A stretch of 64,000 nt of DNA, from IMG/VR virus record IMGVR_UViG_2728369393_000001. One strand, given 5' to 3'. Under the pieces are notes generated by a model that had not been told where the DNA came from, did not search any database, and saw only the letters and a list, made by a program, of their open reading frames with translations. Source of the stretch: a virus (Duplodnaviria > Heunggongvirae > Uroviricota > Caudoviricetes). Position 1 is the first letter of the stretch, and every line of letters starts with the position of its first letter. Of this stretch, positions 31,598-42,472 are shown one piece after another. The position numbers and the translations under genes were made by a program.

Positions 31598-32629
31598 CTA
31601 ATTGCCATCTTCCAGCAGGCGCACCATTGCCCCTGTTTCACTATCTAGGTTACGGATATAGTTCATGACAATATTTACATTGGTCCAGCCACCAGCTTGC
31701 ATGATCTCCGGTATTGAAACTCCAGCGCGGGCCATATCTCGCGCTGCTCCGACACGGGCACTGTGTCCAGACCAGGCCAGGTATCTCTGACCAGAGTCAT
31801 CCTTAGCGCCGTAAATCAATCGATGAGTTGCTTCAAAAATCCCTTCCAGGGCGCGAGTTGATAGCTGGCTGGTGGCAGATGGCGCGGCAACACCATTTTT
31901 TCTGACCCGGCAAAACAGGTAGTTATTCGGATCATCAGCTACACCAGAGACAGAAATCCATCGCTCGACCAGTTTAGTTACCCCCAGGCTAAGTGCCTTC
32001 TCTACACCTGCGGTGCTAACCAGCGTTTTCGTTCTGCCAATATGGATTAACATTCTCCCACCGTCAGTACGTGAGATATCTTTAACCCTGATCCTGGCAA
32101 TTTCTGCTATACGTAGCAGGGTATTATAAGCAATCCCAAGAAATGCCAGATTACGTATATCCTGGCAGCGATCGCTATTTTCCATGAGTGAACGAACCTG
32201 GTCGAAATCAGTGCGTTCGAACGCCAATGCCTGTTTTGCACGTTCACCGGCATCAACGTTTTCTTTTCGAATCCGCCGCATGACCAGTGAAACAGCATTG
32301 CTGTCACTTGGTCGTGGCAGCCCGGACCGACGATGAAGCATGTTTAGCTGGCCCAAATGTTGCTGGATAGTTTTTACTGCCAGACCGCGCGCCTGAAGAT
32401 ATAGAAGATAATCGCGAACATCTTCAGGTTCTGCGGGAAACCATTTCCGGTTATTCAACTTGCACCATGCCGCCCACGACCGGCAAACGGACAGAAGCAT
32501 TTTCCAGGTATGCTCAGAAAACGCCTGGCGATCCCTGAACATGTCCATCAGGTTCTTGCGAACCTCATCACTCGTTGCATCGACCGGTAATGCAGGCAAA
32601 TTTTGGTGTACGGTCAGTAAATTGGACAT
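31598..32629 (-). CDS. cre: Cre site-specific tyrosine recombinase
   Basis: 343 aa MSNLLTVHQNLPALPVDATSDEVRKNLMDMFRDRQAFSEHTWKMLLSVCRSWAAWCKL.. matches Cre as I recall it, except it ends LEDGN where I recall LEDGD. Confidence 0.97.
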   Translation of the reverse strand: MSNLLTVHQNLPALPVDATSDEVRKNLMDMFRDRQAFSEHTWKMLLSVCRSWAAWCKLNNRKWFPAEPEDVRDYLLYLQARGLAVKTIQQHLGQLNMLHRRSGLPRPSDSNAVSLVMRRIRKENVDAGERAKQALAFERTDFDQVRSLMENSDRCQDIRNLAFLGIAYNTLLRIAEIARIRVKDISRTDGGRMLIHIGRTKTLVSTAGVEKALSLGVTKLVERWISVSGVADDPNNYLFCRVRKNGVAAPSATSQLSTRALEGIFEATHRLIYGAKDDSGQRYLAWSGHSARVGAARDMARAGVSIPEIMQAGGWTNVNIVMNYIRNLDSETGAMVRLLEDGN

Positions 32630-32636
32630 TTAACAC

Positions 32637-32858
32637 TCAGATAATGGTTTTAAGTAAAGTGTACAGGATCGGCTCTGCCTTTACCTGTTTATGGTTCTCG
32701 TCATAGAAACGCCAGCGACCGCGCGTGCGTTCTATTTTCTCTTCACCGCGCGATAATGACAGTTGGCAACTATCACGATCAAACCCTTTTGCCCGCCAGT
32801 AACCACGGTTTTTCTCAAGCTCAAGATGAGTGGACACTTTAGCAGCTGAATATCCCAT
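32637..32858 (-). CDS. small ORF between loxP and cre
   Basis: 73-aa ORF on the cre strand in the cre promoter region; may be non-coding. Confidence 0.25.
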   Translation of the reverse strand: MGYSAAKVSTHLELEKNRGYWRAKGFDRDSCQLSLSRGEEKIERTRGRWRFYDENHKQVKAEPILYTLLKTII

Positions 32859-33047
32859 TTTTCACCTCTGATTGATTGGTGGTGCTAAGTGCGCTACGCG
32901 AAATCTGGAGCACTAACACTGCCAACATTTCGCAGATTTTACGTAGCGCAACCTTGATCAAATGATCAAGTGATCACTATTTGACCTGATAAGGTATTGA
33001 ACTGTATGGATTTACAGGTAAATTGATCATGTTCAATAACCCTTAAG

Positions 33048-33081
33048 ATAACTTCGTATAATGTATGCTATACGAAGTTAT
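33048..33081 (+). other. loxP recombination site
   Basis: exact ATAACTTCGTATA-ATGTATGC-TATACGAAGTTAT, 419 bp upstream of cre start. Confidence 0.98.
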
Positions 33082-33124
33082 TAGGTCTGAAGAGGAGTTT
33101 ACGTCCAGCTGCGCATAAAAATCA

Positions 33125-33141
33125 AGAATTATTAGAGCAAT
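33125..33141 (-). promoter_or_regulatory. C1 operator-like site (immC region)
   Basis: minus strand ATTGCTCTAATAATTCT, 14/17. Confidence 0.5.
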
Positions 33142-33207
33142 AAATTTTGAGAGAAAAATCCCACTCCACCAGCCAAAAACTGGATTGTTTTTCATAGTTG
33201 TTTGACA

Positions 33208-33224
33208 ATTGCTCTAATAAATTA
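33208..33224 (+). promoter_or_regulatory. C1 operator overlapping a TTGACA -35 element upstream of coi-c1
   Basis: ATTGCTCTAATAAATTA, 16/17; TTGACA immediately 5 prime. Confidence 0.65.
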
Positions 33225-33462
33225 TAGTTTTGCCGCCGTTTCGTAATACGACTTTGGATTCACTATTTAATGTGTCTTCAGCGTTGTAGAGCGGCTCAGA
33301 AGGAAATGAGCAAACAGGGAAACCTTATACAACGGCATTACAGCTATGCATTGCTCATCTTACACACAGCGCAATGTTGTTAGATTACCCCAGCATGGAT
33401 CATGGGTGAAACAGTAGGTCAGAGCTTCAGGCTCTGTGTTGTCAATACAGTGAGGCATAATT

Positions 33463-33672
33463 ATGGCTTTCATTCCACCAACCATCGACGACGTTAGACA
33501 TTGCTCTAACGCTTTATCTGTAGACCCCGCCGAAACCGACGCTGCCCGCGCCATTGCTGAACACTACTCAAAGATATCCAATCAGGAGTACCGCATCACC
33601 CAAGACGACCTGGATGATCTCACTGACACAATCGAATATCTCATGGCCACTAACCAGCCAGACTCACAATAA
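33463..33672 (+). CDS. coi: Coi-like C1 inactivator
   Basis: 69 aa, directly upstream of c1 on the same strand. Confidence 0.55.
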   Translation: MAFIPPTIDDVRHCSNALSVDPAETDAARAIAEHYSKISNQEYRITQDDLDDLTDTIEYLMATNQPDSQ

Positions 33673-33782
33673 ATGCACTAATAAATCTATTATTTTCGTT
33701 GGATCCTTCTATAATGGTGGCCAACAACTCCCAGTGTAATCCGCTGTGAGTTGTTGGCCATGTCAATTCTGGAGGAGGATCA

Positions 33783-34634
33783 ATGATAAATTATGTCTAC
33801 GGCGAACAACTGTACCAGGAGTTCGTCAGCTTCAGGGATCTCTTTCTAAAAAAAGCTGTTGCACGCGCCCAACACGTTGATGCCGCCAGCGACGGTCGTC
33901 CTGTACGCCCGGTTGTCGTTCTGCCGTTCAAAGAAACTGACAGCATTCAGGCTGAAATTGATAAATGGACTTTAATGGCGCGGGAACTGGAACAGTACCC
34001 AGACCTCAATATCCCAAAGACTATTTTATATCCAGTGCCTAACATCCTTCGCGGTGTGCGTAAGGTTACGACTTATCAGACAGAAGCTGTGAACAGCGTC
34101 AACATGACCGCTGGCCGCATTATTCATCTGATTGATAAGGACATTCGCATCCAGAAAAGCGCAGGGATCAATGAGCACAGTGCGAAATACATAGAGAACC
34201 TGGAAGCAACAAAAGAGCTAATGAAGCAGTACCCGGAGGATGAAAAATTCCGTATGCGCGTACACGGCTTTAGCGAAACAATGCTGCGCGTCCATTACAT
34301 TTCTAGTAGCCCTAACTACAATGATGGTAAATCAGTTAGTTACCATGTGCCGCTATGTGGTGTGTTTATCTGCGATGAAACTCTCCGTGATGGAATTATC
34401 ATCAACGGTGAATTCGAGAAAGCAAAATTTAGCCTTTATGACTCTATAGAACCGATCATCTGCGACCGCTGGCCGCAGGCAAAAATATATCGCCTGGCAG
34501 ATATTGAAAATGTAAAAAAACAAATTGCCATCACTCGCGAAGAGAAAAAGGTCAAATCAGCCGCATCAGTTACGCGCAGCCGTAAAACTAAGAAAGGGCA
34601 GCCAGTAAACGACAACCCCGAAAGCGCGCAATAG
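33783..34634 (+). CDS. c1: C1 repressor of lysogeny
   Basis: 283 aa, ATG; position between loxP and pacB; multiple matching operator sites in the window. Confidence 0.75.
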   Translation: MINYVYGEQLYQEFVSFRDLFLKKAVARAQHVDAASDGRPVRPVVVLPFKETDSIQAEIDKWTLMARELEQYPDLNIPKTILYPVPNILRGVRKVTTYQTEAVNSVNMTAGRIIHLIDKDIRIQKSAGINEHSAKYIENLEATKELMKQYPEDEKFRMRVHGFSETMLRVHYISSSPNYNDGKSVSYHVPLCGVFICDETLRDGIIINGEFEKAKFSLYDSIEPIICDRWPQAKIYRLADIENVKKQIAITREEKKVKSAASVTRSRKTKKGQPVNDNPESAQ

Positions 34635-34658
34635 TTTCCATCCGGCATGGTCAATGAG

Positions 34659-36143
34659 TTATTCATTAAGCCATGCCAGAGCTTCATCAACCTGCGCTTC
34701 GTCTTCGACGCTAAGCACTTCATCCTGGGGAACATAATCCGCCAGCATAGCGAAACAATATGTATCCCAATGGTCTGGTGAGTGCAGGTTGAGTTTTTTC
34801 TTCATATCCTCCTTACTCATCACCTTCCATTGACCTGCGGAGTTAATCCCTACAGGGATTTTCGACGCTTCCTCAATAGTTTCATTACCCTTATCCAGTC
34901 TCATACGACCAGATTTTACGGCCTCTGCGGCTTGAACGTTGGCATAAGCACGTTTATCAAAGTACAGGCTCTTATCTTCACGACTATGCATCTTTTTACC
35001 CCAGCGTATACGCTGTACGGTAATACCATAATACTCGTACATCAGATCCGCCGTTGCTTTACCCAGCCCATCGCCGTCTATCGCTATGGTGATATTTGGG
35101 AATCGCTCAGGATTACATTCTGCGAAAATTTTGGCGGCAAGCTGCGTTTCTGTAACGTCTGTGTATTCCAGCATTCGATAGTTGATTACACGGCGTTTAT
35201 TTCTCTGGCCGGACACCATCATGATATTGATAACGGACTTATCCCGTCCCGTACCACCAGCAACGTCCACACATGCAAGCCAGCCCCATCCTTTGGCAAT
35301 CTTGACTTTCCGCCGCGTCGCACGTTCAACCTCATCACGTCCAAGAAGGAAGCCATCCTGTGATTTAGGGAATAGTCCGCGTACCTTAATCATGTACATA
35401 GGGTTATCACGCCCGCCGTACTCCGCCAGCTTCATTTTGATAAATGCTGGCGTTACCAGCGGTGATTCCTCACTGTTAAGCGTGATCGCCGTATAAACGC
35501 CATCAGGGTTACCAGGACGCTTGGCCAGTTTATGGTGAGTATCGTAGAAATAGCCGCTTGGGCGTGTAGGCTGTGACAGTAATAAGATGCGGTTATCCTG
35601 TCCGGTAAGAGCACCGGTGATGATACCGAAAGCTCTATCACTGACACCGGAGGCTTCATCGATAATATACAGAAGATGATCTGCGTGTTCACCGGCGAGA
35701 GCTTCTTCACTTCCCAGACGAAAGCCCTTCGGTACTACAGTCCATACACCTTTACCAGTAACCTCATAGAAAGCGGTTTCTGTCAGAACAAAATAATCAG
35801 CAAGCCATGGAAAACGGCTGGTGGCAGTAGCCCAGTTTATCTTGATGTACTTGAATATACCGGTCATTACCTGCTGAATTTTGTTCGCAACGATAATGGC
35901 GCGGGCACCGGGATACATGATTATGAACAACATGATCATGATAGAAGTCATGTCTGATTTCCCGGTACCGTGACCAGACGAAACAGATGTCTTGCTACCC
36001 TGTTCCTGCACAGACTCAATAATCAGATCCTGCTGCCAGGTAGGTGTTTTGCCGAACAAAACATCAGCGGCAGCAATCCAGTCATAACGATATAGCGCCA
36101 CCAGCTCGCGCCAACGTGGATCCGTTACGCAACTTCTGGCCAT
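34659..36143 (-). CDS. pacB: terminase large subunit (PacB-like)
   Basis: 494 aa; Walker A-like GHGTGKS, Walker B-like YIIDEA, C-terminal nuclease-like region. Confidence 0.8.
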   Translation of the reverse strand: MARSCVTDPRWRELVALYRYDWIAAADVLFGKTPTWQQDLIIESVQEQGSKTSVSSGHGTGKSDMTSIMIMLFIIMYPGARAIIVANKIQQVMTGIFKYIKINWATATSRFPWLADYFVLTETAFYEVTGKGVWTVVPKGFRLGSEEALAGEHADHLLYIIDEASGVSDRAFGIITGALTGQDNRILLLSQPTRPSGYFYDTHHKLAKRPGNPDGVYTAITLNSEESPLVTPAFIKMKLAEYGGRDNPMYMIKVRGLFPKSQDGFLLGRDEVERATRRKVKIAKGWGWLACVDVAGGTGRDKSVINIMMVSGQRNKRRVINYRMLEYTDVTETQLAAKIFAECNPERFPNITIAIDGDGLGKATADLMYEYYGITVQRIRWGKKMHSREDKSLYFDKRAYANVQAAEAVKSGRMRLDKGNETIEEASKIPVGINSAGQWKVMSKEDMKKKLNLHSPDHWDTYCFAMLADYVPQDEVLSVEDEAQVDEALAWLNE

Positions 36144-37336
36144 TAATCATCATCCCCGTATAGCTTGCGGGTAACTTCTTCGTCTTCCTCCTCGTCTTCG
36201 TCCAGGTCTTGTTCCAGCCATGGGTCGTTTGATACACCTTCAGTATCAACATCTCCATAACCGCCTGTATCAACGATATCGGCGATTTCTTCCCTACGCT
36301 GCTCAATCCACAATGCGGCATCGGCGCGGCGGTTGGCGGCCCGTTCTCGCGCAACTTTGTCCAGATCTTCAAGAGAAGGGCCACCGACGGCTGTTTGCCT
36401 TTCCTCATCATCGGTATTGGTCTTAGGAGCACGCAGATCGGCTTTGATTTGCTCCAGCATCAGGGGCGGCACTTTTCCGCCATGCGCCTCGATGAATTCA
36501 GCTGCTTCCAGCACTGACCAGTTATTTTCACGCTTTCGTTCGTATGCCAGCTTAACAATGCCAGCTTGCCCCATAGATAAAGCGTGCTTTTCCGCCTCCC
36601 GGCTTTCTTTTCGATAGTTATTCCGGATGCTGTAAATGGTGTTGATCAGGCTGCTTATCTGCGCGGAACAGCTGTTTAGCATGCTCGCGATACGATATTC
36701 AGGCGGAGTCCCTTCATCATCGTCTTTTTGCTGATCGCGCATTTCCTGCACCAGACGAATACACGTATCCCTGGCGTTCTCCAGCATAAGGAGATGAGAA
36801 AGAGACTTTTCCAGAAGAGTGGTTTCCAGAACATCGGCCCCGGACCGACGCAACATAGCGCGCGCGGCCTTCCGCGCTTCAACGTTATCTATCAGGTAAT
36901 CGCCAGCTTCGAATTCAAAGCGTTCACCATCATCATCCAGGGTGTCGCGTTCCAGGCGATCACGTAAGGTCCGGTGGGCGCGGGTGATCACGTCATGATC
37001 ATCAGAACGATCATTTATGCGCTTATTTTGGCGCTTCGCATTCTCGACTGCGGCACTGACAACGGCATTAACCCTTTGTTTTTCCGCTATTTCAGCCGCA
37101 ATGTGATCACCTGCATGTTGATCATTAGAGTGATCAATGATCATGCTTTTTAGTGGCTTCCTGACTGGCTTATTTGGCTTGCGGCTGTCCGCTGTCCTGG
37201 TGTCTTCTTTGAAGGCACGGAGATAACGACGTGCAGTATTAGGGTTAAGATTAAACTCGGCGGCATACTGTGCGATGGTGTAACCACCATCTCGCGCCAG
37301 GCGAGCAAAATTCTTCTTGTGATCGTCCCAGGTCAC
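36143..37336 (-). CDS. pacA: terminase small subunit / pac-recognition subunit (PacA-like)
   Basis: 397 aa, acidic C-terminus; contains the pac site in its 5 prime coding region. Confidence 0.75.
   Translation of the reverse strand: MTWDDHKKNFARLARDGGYTIAQYAAEFNLNPNTARRYLRAFKEDTRTADSRKPNKPVRKPLKSMIIDHSNDQHAGDHIAAEIAEKQRVNAVVSAAVENAKRQNKRINDRSDDHDVITRAHRTLRDRLERDTLDDDGERFEFEAGDYLIDNVEARKAARAMLRRSGADVLETTLLEKSLSHLLMLENARDTCIRLVQEMRDQQKDDDEGTPPEYRIASMLNSCSAQISSLINTIYSIRNNYRKESREAEKHALSMGQAGIVKLAYERKRENNWSVLEAAEFIEAHGGKVPPLMLEQIKADLRAPKTNTDDEERQTAVGGPSLEDLDKVARERAANRRADAALWIEQRREEIADIVDTGGYGDVDTEGVSNDPWLEQDLDEDEEEDEEVTRKLYGDDD
36985..37143. other. pac packaging site: 3 + 4 TGATCA/G hexanucleotide repeats (Dam sites) flanking an ~90-bp central region
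   Basis: TGATCA-type elements at about 36985, 36996, 37008 and 37104, 37119, 37131, 37138. Confidence 0.8.
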
Positions 37337-37421
37337 TTATGCTTCCTTTCGTAAAAACTCTTTTTGACGCGAGGGTAACGAAAGTCACATGTCAAAAGGC
37401 CCGGAACGGGCAAGCAATCAA

Positions 37422-37874
37422 TCAGATACGTGCGGATGTGGCATTACCGTAATGACGGTGCTGACGGGCCACCTTATTGAAAAGTTGACGCGCCATTACC
37501 CAAGGCTGGTGCTCCCGGCGTTCCTTTTCGTCCTGCGTCATATAGAGTTCGTTCTGGAGTTTTTCATCAAACCGGCGCGGAGCGCGGCTACGGCGAAAGA
37601 ATTCAGGATTCAGAGAGTGGATCTGAAATCTACGTGGGCGTGTACTGTCATCAATCAAAACAGACGAATACTTAGACACAGCGATAGCCTTTAAGCGCAG
37701 ATAAACATCGCGCTTATCGACATCCAGATGCGGGTATTCCTTTTCAAGAATTGCTGCGAGTTCTTTCGCTGATAGAAGAGATTTAGTGCGGATCATGTAA
37801 TCCGCAATCTCGTACGATGTTATTCGTGAGTGATTTATTTCCATGAAGTGGCGTCCCTGCCAGTTAAGTAACAT
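37422..37874 (-). CDS. lpa: late promoter activator (Lpa-like)
   Basis: 150-aa basic protein upstream of pacA with C1 operator in front; start may be the internal ATG (MEINHSR) at 37844. Confidence 0.5.
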   Translation of the reverse strand: MLLNWQGRHFMEINHSRITSYEIADYMIRTKSLLSAKELAAILEKEYPHLDVDKRDVYLRLKAIAVSKYSSVLIDDSTRPRRFQIHSLNPEFFRRSRAPRRFDEKLQNELYMTQDEKERREHQPWVMARQLFNKVARQHRHYGNATSARI

Positions 37875-37944
37875 CCTGTCACCTACTGATTAGCCCATGT
37901 CAACTAATCAACGTGGAATATAATACCCTCGATTAAAGAAATAG

Positions 37945-37961
37945 CAATACATTAGAGCAAT
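37945..37961 (-). promoter_or_regulatory. C1 operator-like site upstream of lpa
   Basis: minus strand ATTGCTCTAATGTATTG, 13/17. Confidence 0.45.
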
Positions 37962-37962
37962 T

Positions 37963-39006
37963 TTATCTAACACTCGACGAGTGACTTGTGATAGCGCCGA
38001 CTCCAAGCGCGTAATCAAAGAACAATCGTTGATGCATCGCCAGCCTACCGTGCGTCTTCTCCCAATTATCGCGGTCACGCTCAATATCACGCTGGCATGA
38101 CTGGCACAGAGGAATTGCGTAAATGTCATGCGCGCATAATCGACTATGACGAACGATATAAGGCGTAATGTGAGCGCCAGCTCCCGCCGCTCCACACCCA
38201 CAGCATGGACGGGAAGCAACAAAGTCCATGTACTCAGGTAATTTTAGCGATTGCAGTTTTGGTATTTTGAAATGCGCCATGCCAGGGTCGGAGTCAACAT
38301 CCACAGGGCATACTTTTGCACGCATCGGCGCGGCGCGTTCTTCCATCATCTGAACATATGCTGTAGCGCGATCGTCATACGGGCGAATATCCGCCTCTTT
38401 CAGAGGTCCGCTATCCTGCGTTGCGGCTTTCATCTTATTTATTGATATACGGCAAACTTCTTCCGGCATCAGGTGCATCATGTTGCGCATGAAAGCCCAC
38501 CAGCACAGTTCCTGAATACTTAAATCATGGCCATCTGAAAGCCCCATTTCCTGACGGGCGACATCCAGTATCCAGTTAACGCGATTATTATGCAGCGTTT
38601 CTTTCAGCTCATTAAAACCACGCATCCGGTAATGGTTATCGTGATGCCAGCACAACAACACCGCGCTATTGTCTCGTTCTGCGTGGACAATATGGTTGTC
38701 ACACCAGCTACGATCTGCGGCCTGGCATTGCCCCTCTTTCCTGCGCAACCACGCCACCAGCGCGTCAATTCCACCAATACGGCGAAACAGTTCATCGCTG
38801 TTAAAAAACGGCTGCAACGCCTCATTTGTTGCCATAGTTTGCTCGGAAACAACGAGGCCGTCGTCCATGTGCTCGATTAACTCACGCGGCACCGGCTCCA
38901 TAATAAATTTACGGCCAGCCTCCACCAGCTTTCTGACTTCCTGATCCACTTTGAATGTGGCGACGCCAAGCTCTTTTTGTACAAAGGGAGTAATTACGGC
39001 TTTCAC
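37963..39006 (-). CDS. hypothetical Cys-rich protein
   Basis: 347 aa; CCGCG..C..C..C cluster near C-terminus. Confidence 0.45.
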   Translation of the reverse strand: MKAVITPFVQKELGVATFKVDQEVRKLVEAGRKFIMEPVPRELIEHMDDGLVVSEQTMATNEALQPFFNSDELFRRIGGIDALVAWLRRKEGQCQAADRSWCDNHIVHAERDNSAVLLCWHHDNHYRMRGFNELKETLHNNRVNWILDVARQEMGLSDGHDLSIQELCWWAFMRNMMHLMPEEVCRISINKMKAATQDSGPLKEADIRPYDDRATAYVQMMEERAAPMRAKVCPVDVDSDPGMAHFKIPKLQSLKLPEYMDFVASRPCCGCGAAGAGAHITPYIVRHSRLCAHDIYAIPLCQSCQRDIERDRDNWEKTHGRLAMHQRLFFDYALGVGAITSHSSSVR

Positions 39007-39033
39007 ATCACACCTTTCATCACTGATTGGGCT

Positions 39034-39234
39034 TTATCTGCTGCCCGGCATTCTCTGTTTAAGCACAACCATTTCCTGACGGCATAACACAGCAATAGCA
39101 GTCCTGGCTCCAATTTGCTTACCAACCAGGTATTGCTTTACCTCGCGGCGACTCACGCCATCAAGAAGCATCTTTAACGCTTCACGGGACAATTTGTTGT
39201 ATTTGCGTGCCATTAATCTACTCCGCAGAACCAT
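39034..39234 (-). CDS. small basic protein
   Basis: 66-aa ORF overlapping doc start; uncertain. Confidence 0.25.
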
Positions 39235-39598
39235 ACAATCTACGTAACGTGTCGGCGACAGAAGATACAGATATCTCGCCAGTCGCAGCGCCTACAGTAA
39301 GGTCTGCCAGTTCAGGTGAATCAAATACCTGCACCCCGTTACGGCGTAGAAATAGCAGCGCGCTGTTTAGCGCGGTACGCTTATTGGCATCATTGAATAT
39401 ATGCCCTCTCGCTGTAGCCACCAGGTAGGTGGCGGAGACTTCGAAAAGGTCGGTGATCTCTTCGTAGGCAACTCTGGCCTGAACTCTCCCGATAATGGCC
39501 TCTGCCCTGCCCGGATCTGACATGCCAGGCAGGCCGCCGTAGCGGCTTATATTCGCATCATGAAGCGCAATAAGTTCTTCCGGTGATATATGCCTCAT
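39218..39598 (-). CDS. doc: Doc toxin (Fic-family kinase) of phd-doc addiction module
   Basis: 126 aa [40 protein letters not shown].. ; Fic-like motif [11 protein letters not shown]. Confidence 0.95.
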
Positions 39599-39819
39599 TA
39601 TCGGTTAACCAGTTCCTTGTTGGTGGAGTCCAGGGTGTCAAACAGGGATGCAAATTCAGCATCCAGCGCCGCTTTTTTGTAGGCTTCGAAAGTAGCCTTG
39701 CTGACAATTACTGCTGGCTCACGGCCTCTGCGGGTGATTTCAACCTCTTCCCCGGCTTCAACATTGTTGAGCACTTCAGAAAGGTTGCCGCGCGCGGTAC
39801 GGAAGTTAATGGATTGCAT
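39598..39819 (-). CDS. phd: Phd antitoxin
   Basis: 73 aa [73 protein letters not shown]; stop overlaps doc start. Confidence 0.95.
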
Positions 39820-39891
39820 AAATACCTCGTGTACTCGTTATGTGTACACAATTATAAACCTCACAGGCATAAAGCACCAGCCCTTTGCAGC

Positions 39892-40281
39892 TTAAATAAC
39901 CGGACAATCATCAAACTCCCCACTTCGGGCATCATTGATGACATGAGTGATCACACCAAAAACAGCATTACTGCCCGTGCATCCATCGTCATCTACTGGT
40001 AACGCCTCTTTCTTCCCGGTGCTTAAATCCTCCAGGTGCTGGCGCGGATACTTCCTGTATCTCTTTATGCGATATTCACCCTCCATAGCGCACACAAGCA
40101 GCGAACCATCAACTGGAGTAAGCGAAGAATCAACCACCAGCAAAGCACCCTGCAATATTCCCTCACGGTGATGGCTATCAGCTGCCCGCATGAAGTAGGT
40201 TGCTGATGGATGTCTAATTATCTGCTGATCAAGAGAAATTCGGCTTTCAACATAATCCGCCGCAGGAGAAGGGAAACCCAT
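39892..40281 (-). CDS. humD: UmuD-like SOS mutagenesis protein (LexA/S24 peptidase fold)
   Basis: 129 aa; S24-like region; LexA box 22 bp upstream. Confidence 0.75.
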   Translation of the reverse strand: MGFPSPAADYVESRISLDQQIIRHPSATYFMRAADSHHREGILQGALLVVDSSLTPVDGSLLVCAMEGEYRIKRYRKYPRQHLEDLSTGKKEALPVDDDGCTGSNAVFGVITHVINDARSGEFDDCPVI

Positions 40282-40302
40282 AGCGTTTTACCTCAAAAAT
40301 AC

Positions 40303-40318
40303 TGTTTATCTGTACAGT
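40303..40318. promoter_or_regulatory. LexA (SOS) box between divergent humD and the 40456 gene
   Basis: CTGTTTATCTGTACAG = CTGT-N8-ACAG. Confidence 0.7.
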
Positions 40319-40455
40319 ATACATTAAAGAAGCACCTTTGGTGCAAACGCGTTATGTACATCAACCACCGCTGATGATTTTTGTGCGCTTTGCTACTATT
40401 CATCACCGCGGGATCAGCGTAACCTCGTTGCCAATCAGTTAATAAGGAATTAGCT

Positions 40456-41040
40456 ATGCCTAATCGCATTCCTCTCGATCCTGTATTGCCCAAAAATTTT
40501 GACTGCACTCCTAACGAGAAACGCTCTAAAGCTCAGCTGGACGCCTGGTGGGACCATCCATATGGGGTTACACAACCTGACGGGAAAATTGTAGTTTATT
40601 GTCTGAATGGTGGGGCGTGGGACCGTCCATCCGTGCTTTGTTTGGCAGATAACTATGATGAAGCCTGTGAACTTGCCGAAAGACAGCAGGCAAGCTGGGT
40701 AAAAACACGGTCTGAACCGACATTCATGTTTTCAAAAGAACCGCCATTTATACTGGCGAGGATGCCGCAGCGACCGGATCATCAACAAGAAATTGTTGCT
40801 GAATTTTCCTCAAGGGATGAGATGAATCTCTTCTCATTAAAGCAGGAAGAAAGGGATCGCGTCGAAGTGTCTCCAACTCTCGACCACAACCGGATGAACC
40901 TGGCCCAGCTCGCCTGGTACAGCAAAGAATTGGAGATGTCTATCGCCCGGCTTGAAAACGAAAAAGCCGCTATCCAAGCCCAGCATGAAGTAGTTCTGAA
41001 CCGGATTAGAGAAATGCAAAACGATAACAGGGGATTTTGA
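40456..41040 (+). CDS. hypothetical protein divergent from humD (possibly LexA-regulated)
   Basis: 194 aa, ATG. Confidence 0.45.
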   Translation: MPNRIPLDPVLPKNFDCTPNEKRSKAQLDAWWDHPYGVTQPDGKIVVYCLNGGAWDRPSVLCLADNYDEACELAERQQASWVKTRSEPTFMFSKEPPFILARMPQRPDHQQEIVAEFSSRDEMNLFSLKQEERDRVEVSPTLDHNRMNLAQLAWYSKELEMSIARLENEKAAIQAQHEVVLNRIREMQNDNRGF

Positions 41041-41397
41041 ATGGCTAAAATCGAGTACCATCGCGATCGCGGTAATTACCTGGAAATATACGATCATGAA
41101 TCTCTTAACGATATCAACGATGCGTTATATGAATACTGTGAAAAAACGAGCGTCACAGATGCACCTGATGCATTTGTCGAGCTACCGGTATATCTCCGCG
41201 ACATCTATGCAATACGAACACCGCCCGTATCGGTGATTCACATTGGCTATGTCCGCCTGTCCATCGAAGAAGATGAAGATCGTTATATCGTGCGCCACTA
41301 TACATTGGACAGAAAAGAGCTTCCCAATGAATGGAACATGAGTAATTTCTACAACGGTGAATATGGCTTAAAATCCGCTAATAATTTACGGTCATAA
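41041..41397 (+). CDS. hypothetical protein
   Basis: 118 aa, ATG immediately after previous stop. Confidence 0.4.
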   Translation: MAKIEYHRDRGNYLEIYDHESLNDINDALYEYCEKTSVTDAPDAFVELPVYLRDIYAIRTPPVSVIHIGYVRLSIEEDEDRYIVRHYTLDRKELPNEWNMSNFYNGEYGLKSANNLRS

Positions 41398-42472
41398 TCT
41401 ATACAGGCATGTATAACAACAACGAGCCTATTAGCTGTCAACAACGTTATTTTCTCAAATAAGAAAAAGCAGAAAACAAATTGTTTAAGGTCACAAATTG
41501 TGGCCTTGATGGAGGAGGGAGGCTTATTGGCTATGGCTAAAAATCAAATTAGACACTTCATGTTGCTGTAGCTCATCAAGATCCGAGGCCACAAAACCTT
41601 TTCCGAAAAACTTCACAAGTAACTCACTAGCCGCATCATTGTCACCTATTACACGAAAGTCATACGGCAACGTCGCAAGTTGACGATGTAATCCTGCTGA
41701 GAAAGTCGAATCTAACAGCGCCCAGAATTCCCACCGCAGGATAATACTCGCCTCTTAATACTGTATATATGTTGTTACGATATGTTTTTCTGTCTCTAAA
41801 AAAAGATGTTAATAGAATGCTAACCATTGAAGGGGATAAAAATATACAATTCCAACAAACGTTATTTTTAACAATTTTTTTCTTTGCGTTGACTTTCCCG
41901 GACACCTTGTCTGACCGAAGGTGCGCGAAAGCCACTTTTTCCTTCCTGAGTTATCCACAAAGTTATGCACTTGCAAGAGGGCCATTTTCTACATATTGTG
42001 GTGGCTAACAGATGAAATGAATGTAGATTAATTGAAGATAAGGAGAAAATTTGAGATGCAATCATGACGTTAATAGATAGGGTCTGCATTACAGACCCCA
42101 CCCGCATCAAGGAATTAGCCGTTCCCTGATGTTTTTCCGAAAACATGTGCCGTAAGCTCACGTTAACGACTTTCATTCACCGAATCCAACTATATAGGGG
42201 TTGGGTTTCTACGTCAACGTGAGCAAGTGCACCTTTACATTTGACAAGGAACCACCTGAATGAACGCTTTTTTTCAGTTCCTGAGTGCATTTTTAGATGC
42301 GCCTATTATTAGCCAGATTCTGGCTATTATCCTCATCATCGTTTTGATTTTGCTTTTAAGGTCAGTAAAAAATGGAATTATGCACTGGCTTACTTAATGT
42401 TTCAGTGAAACATTAAAATCTCCTTGATGTGGAAACAATCATTTTCTGTATGTGCTGGTGGGCACCTGTAGT

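Noticed and set aside
41660-42176. Track ORFs 41660..41935 (-), 41769..42008 (+), 41868..42176 (-) as genes in the ORF-poor gap
   Set aside because: Low-complexity, mutually overlapping, no RBS or start context; the region reads better as non-coding with a gene remnant.
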